NCBI RefSeq assembly: GCF_964213995.1
Contig: NC_135823.1
Span: 26,040,001-26,104,000 of the forward strand
Reading direction: 5' to 3'
Origin: Mustelus asterias
Taxonomy: Eukaryota
DNA: 64,000 bases
Under the pieces are notes generated by a model. That model was not told where the DNA came from, searched no databases, and saw only the letters and a list, made by a program, of their open reading frames with translations. Made by a program: the position numbers and the translations under genes. Positions 60,698-64,000 of the stretch are shown one piece after another; positions within the stretch are counted from its first letter, which is position 1; every line of letters starts with the position of its first letter.

Positions 60698-60795
60698 ATG
60701 CCTGTCCTTTTCGCACAGAGTCTGGGGCTGATTCGGGCTGCTCTGTCCGACCAGACCTGGATCCTTCTCCTCACTTTCCTGCTCCTGTTGGCTTG
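60698..60795 (+). CDS. CYP3A: CYP3A-like copy C, exon 1 (MPVLFAQSLGLIRAALSDQTWILLLTFLLLLA-W); functional status uncertain
   Basis: 98 bp, gtaagt donor, near-identical to 13802-13899; separated from its 5' UTR by a Penelope insertion. Confidence 0.85.
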
Positions 60796-61388
60796 GTAAG
60801 TGTCTGATTGATTTCTTTCTCGCTTCTTTTCCGGCTCTGACCCTGGGAGAAAATACTCTCACAGCCGAACGGAACTCACTGTTAGCATGAGGAAAGTTGA
60901 CAGCATTTCTCACCAAGTTTGTCTTTGTTTTGAACAGTTGGGGGCTCCTCAATCTCTGCCCCCCCCCCCCCCTTCCCCCTCCCCTCCCAATCCCCGCGGA
61001 GCGGAGCCGGGGACGGTGCTGAAGACTCGGGGCTGATTCCGGGACATTTCCTCCTCCTCCTCCTGTCCCCTGAGCGCGGATCCCAACAAACCCAGCCTTT
61101 TGGGGCTGGGAGAAAGAGGGAGGAAGGGGGGGTCTGTGTTAATGCAGGTGATCTCAGGGAGGAGATTCATCCCAGTGGGAATTCCTTGGGGTGAGGGGTT
61201 GTTGTTGTGGGTACAGAGAAGCTGATTTTAATGGGGTTTAGAGGGAGGAACCAGTTCTACCGTCTCTGCAGATTCACGTCGTCTTTAACCAGTGTCTGTC
61301 CCCAGAAACTATTAAAACCTGCAGCGCCCAGAGTTTTTCTCCCTTTGGGAGGAATTTATGAGATTTTACTCTGAGGAGATAATCCATA

Positions 61389-62358
61389 GTAAGAAGTCTC
61401 ACAACACCAGGTTAAAGTCCAACAGATTTATTTGGTAGCAAAAGCCACTAGCTTTTGGAGTGTTGCTCCTTCGTCAGGTGAGTGGGAGTTCTGTTCACAA
61501 ACTCAATTTACGAAATAATGGTTGGAATGCGAGTCTTTACAGGTAATCAAGTCTTAAAGGTACAGTCAATGTGAGTGGAGAGAGGGTTAAGCACAGGTTA
61601 AAGAGATGTGTATTGTCTCCAGACAGGATAGTTAGTGAGATTTTGCAAGCCCAGGCAAGTTGTGGGGATTACAGACAGTGTGACATGAACCCAAGATCCC
61701 GGTTGAGGCCGTCCTCGTGTGCAGAACTTGGCTATCAGTCAAGGAAAGGATGTCCCGAGGCATGGTACATTGAGGAGACCATGCAGATGCTACGACAACG
61801 GATGAATGAACACTGCTCGACAATCACCAGGCAAGAGTGTTCTCTTCCTGTTGGGGAACACTTCAGCGGTCACGGGCATTCGGCCTCTGATCTTTGGGTA
61901 AGTGTCGTTCTTCACGACACACGACAACGCAGTCGCTGAGCAGAAACTGATAGCCAAGTTCCGCACACATGAGGACGGCCTCAACCGGGATCTTGAGTTC
62001 ATGTCATACTATCTGTAACCCCCATGACTTACCTGGGCTTGCAAAATCTCACTAACTGTCCTGTCTGGAGACACTACACATCTCTTTAACCTGTGCTTAA
62101 CACTTTCTCCAATCACATTGTCTGTACTTTTAAGACTTGATTACCTGTAAAGACTCGCATTCCAACCATTATTTTGTAAATTGAGTTTGTGTCTTTATAT
62201 GCCCTGTTTGTGAACAGAACTCCCACTTACCTGACGAAGAAGCAGCGCTCCGAAAGCTAGTGGATTTTGCTACCAAATAAACCTGTTGGACTTTAACCTG
62301 GTGTTGTGAGACTTCTTACTGTGTTTACCCCAGTCCAACACCAGCATCTCCACATCAT
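61389..62358 (+). mobile_element. Penelope-like element with inverted upstream terminal repeat
   Basis: 61389-61738 is antisense to the 3' part of 61739-62358; TSD gagataatccata / gagatgatccata. Confidence 0.9.
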
Positions 62359-62589
62359 GAGATGATCCATATCCATTGGATTTCATCCCAGGCTGGAATT
62401 GGAAACATTTCACTCTGATTGAAATCCTTCTTCTTGTGGATATTTATCATTATTCCATTTTTGTATGAACTATTTTGATTGATCAGTTTATCATAGAATC
62501 ATATAGTACAGAAAGAGGCCATTTGGCCCATCGAGTCTGCACCGACCACAATCCCCCCAGGCTCTAATCCCAGGTATTTACTCTGTTAA

Positions 62590-64000
62590 TCCATAGAACC
62601 ATAGAAAATTACAGCTCAGAAACAGGCCTTTTGGCCCTTCTTGTCTGTGCCGAACCATTTTATGCCTAGTCCCACTGACCTGCACTTGGACCATATCCCC
62701 CCACACCCCTCTCATCCATGAACCCGTCCAAGTTTTTCTTAAATGTTAAAAGTGACCCCGCATTTACCACTTTATTCGGCAGCTCATTCCACACTCCCAC
62801 CACTCTCTGCGTGAAGAAGCCCCCCCTAATATTCCCTTTAAACTTTTCTCCTTTCACCCTTAACCCATGCCCTCTGGTTTTTTTCTCCCCTAGCCTCAGT
62901 GGAAAAAGCCTGCTTGCATTCACTCTATCTATACCCATCAAAATCTTATACACCTCTATCAAATCTCCCCTCAATCTTCTACGCTCCAGGGAGTAAAGTC
63001 CCAACCTATTCAATCTCTCTCTGTAACTCAGCTTCTCAAGTCCCGGCAACATCCTTGTGAACCTTCTCTGCACTCTTTCAATCTTATTTACATCATTCCT
63101 GTAACTAGGTGACCAAAACTGTACACAATACTCCAAATTCGGCCTCACCAATGCCTTATATAACCTTACCATAACACTCCAACTTTTATACTCGATACTC
63201 CGATTTATAAAGGCCAATGTACCAAAGGCACTCTTTACGACCCTATCCACCTGTGACGTCACTTTTAGGGAATTCTGTACCTGTATTCCCAGATCCCTCT
63301 GTTCAACAGCACTCTTCAGAGTCCTACCATTTACCCTGTACGTTCTTCTTTGGTTTGTCCTTCCAAAGTGCAATATCTCACACTTGTCTGCGTTAAATTC
63401 CATTTGCCATTTTTGAGCCCATTTTTCTAGTTGGTCCAAATCCCTCTGCAAGCTTTGAAAACCTTCCTCACTGTCCACTACACCTCCAATCTTTGTATCA
63501 TCAGCAAACTTGCAGATCCAATTGACCACATTATCATCCAGATCATTGATATAGATGACAAACAACAATGGACCCAACACCGATCCCTGCGGCACACCAC
63601 TAGTCACAGGCCTCCACTCAGAGAAGCAATCCTCCACAACCACTCTCTGGCTTCTTCCATTGAGCCAGTGTCTTATCCAATTTACTACCTCCCCATGTAT
63701 ACCTAGCGACTGAACCTTCCTAACTAACCTCCCATGAGGGACCTTGTCAAAGGCCTTGCTGAAATCCAGGTAGACAACATCCACCGCCTTCCCTTCATCC
63801 ACTTTCCTGGTAACCTCCTCGAAAAACTCCAATAGATTGGTCAAACATGACCTACCACGCACAAAGCCATGTTGACTCTCCCTAATAAGTCCCTGTCTAT
63901 CCAAATATTTGTAGATCCTATCCCTTATCACACCTTCCAATAACTTGCCCACCACCGACGTCAAACTTACTGGCCTATAATTTCCCGGATTTCTTTTGGA
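62590..64000 (-). mobile_element. CR1 LINE, RT domain to 3' end, open frame, continues past the window
   Basis: ORF 62666-63964: QHGF, YLDFSKAFD, GVPQGSVLGP, FADD. Confidence 0.95.

Overview
Eukaryotic, repeat-rich genomic DNA, most likely from a cartilaginous fish (inferred from the shark-type tRNA SINEs and the CR1, Rex1, Penelope and Gypsy repertoire). The window covers part of a cytochrome P450 3A (CYP3A) cluster with four pieces. Copy A is on the minus strand with intact exons 1-3 and runs off the left edge. Copy B is head-to-head on the plus strand, carries exons 2-10, 12 and 13, and is a multiply disabled pseudogene without its own exon 1. There is also a minus-strand intron-3/exon-4 relic near 53-55 kb and a third exon 1 (copy C, plus strand) near 60.7 kb. 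Bases 1 to ~26 kb form a diverged inverted duplication. The strongest signal is at its centre: the only TATA+exon-1 cassette lies between inverted Penelope terminal repeats, and a split 12-bp target-site duplication suggests it was flipped from copy B to copy A. Other highlights: a very young intact Gypsy element with identical LTRs, a YLDN RT motif and a non-tRNA primer-site region complementary to its own LTR; Penelope hammerhead ribozyme motifs; Penelope insertions that duplicated the TATA box and the ATG of copy C; a TAF12 processed pseudogene; and a 2-kb 28-bp satellite apparently grown inside a hAT-type element. All calls were made by eye and from recalled family knowledge. No searches or alignments were run, and repeat boundaries are approximate.
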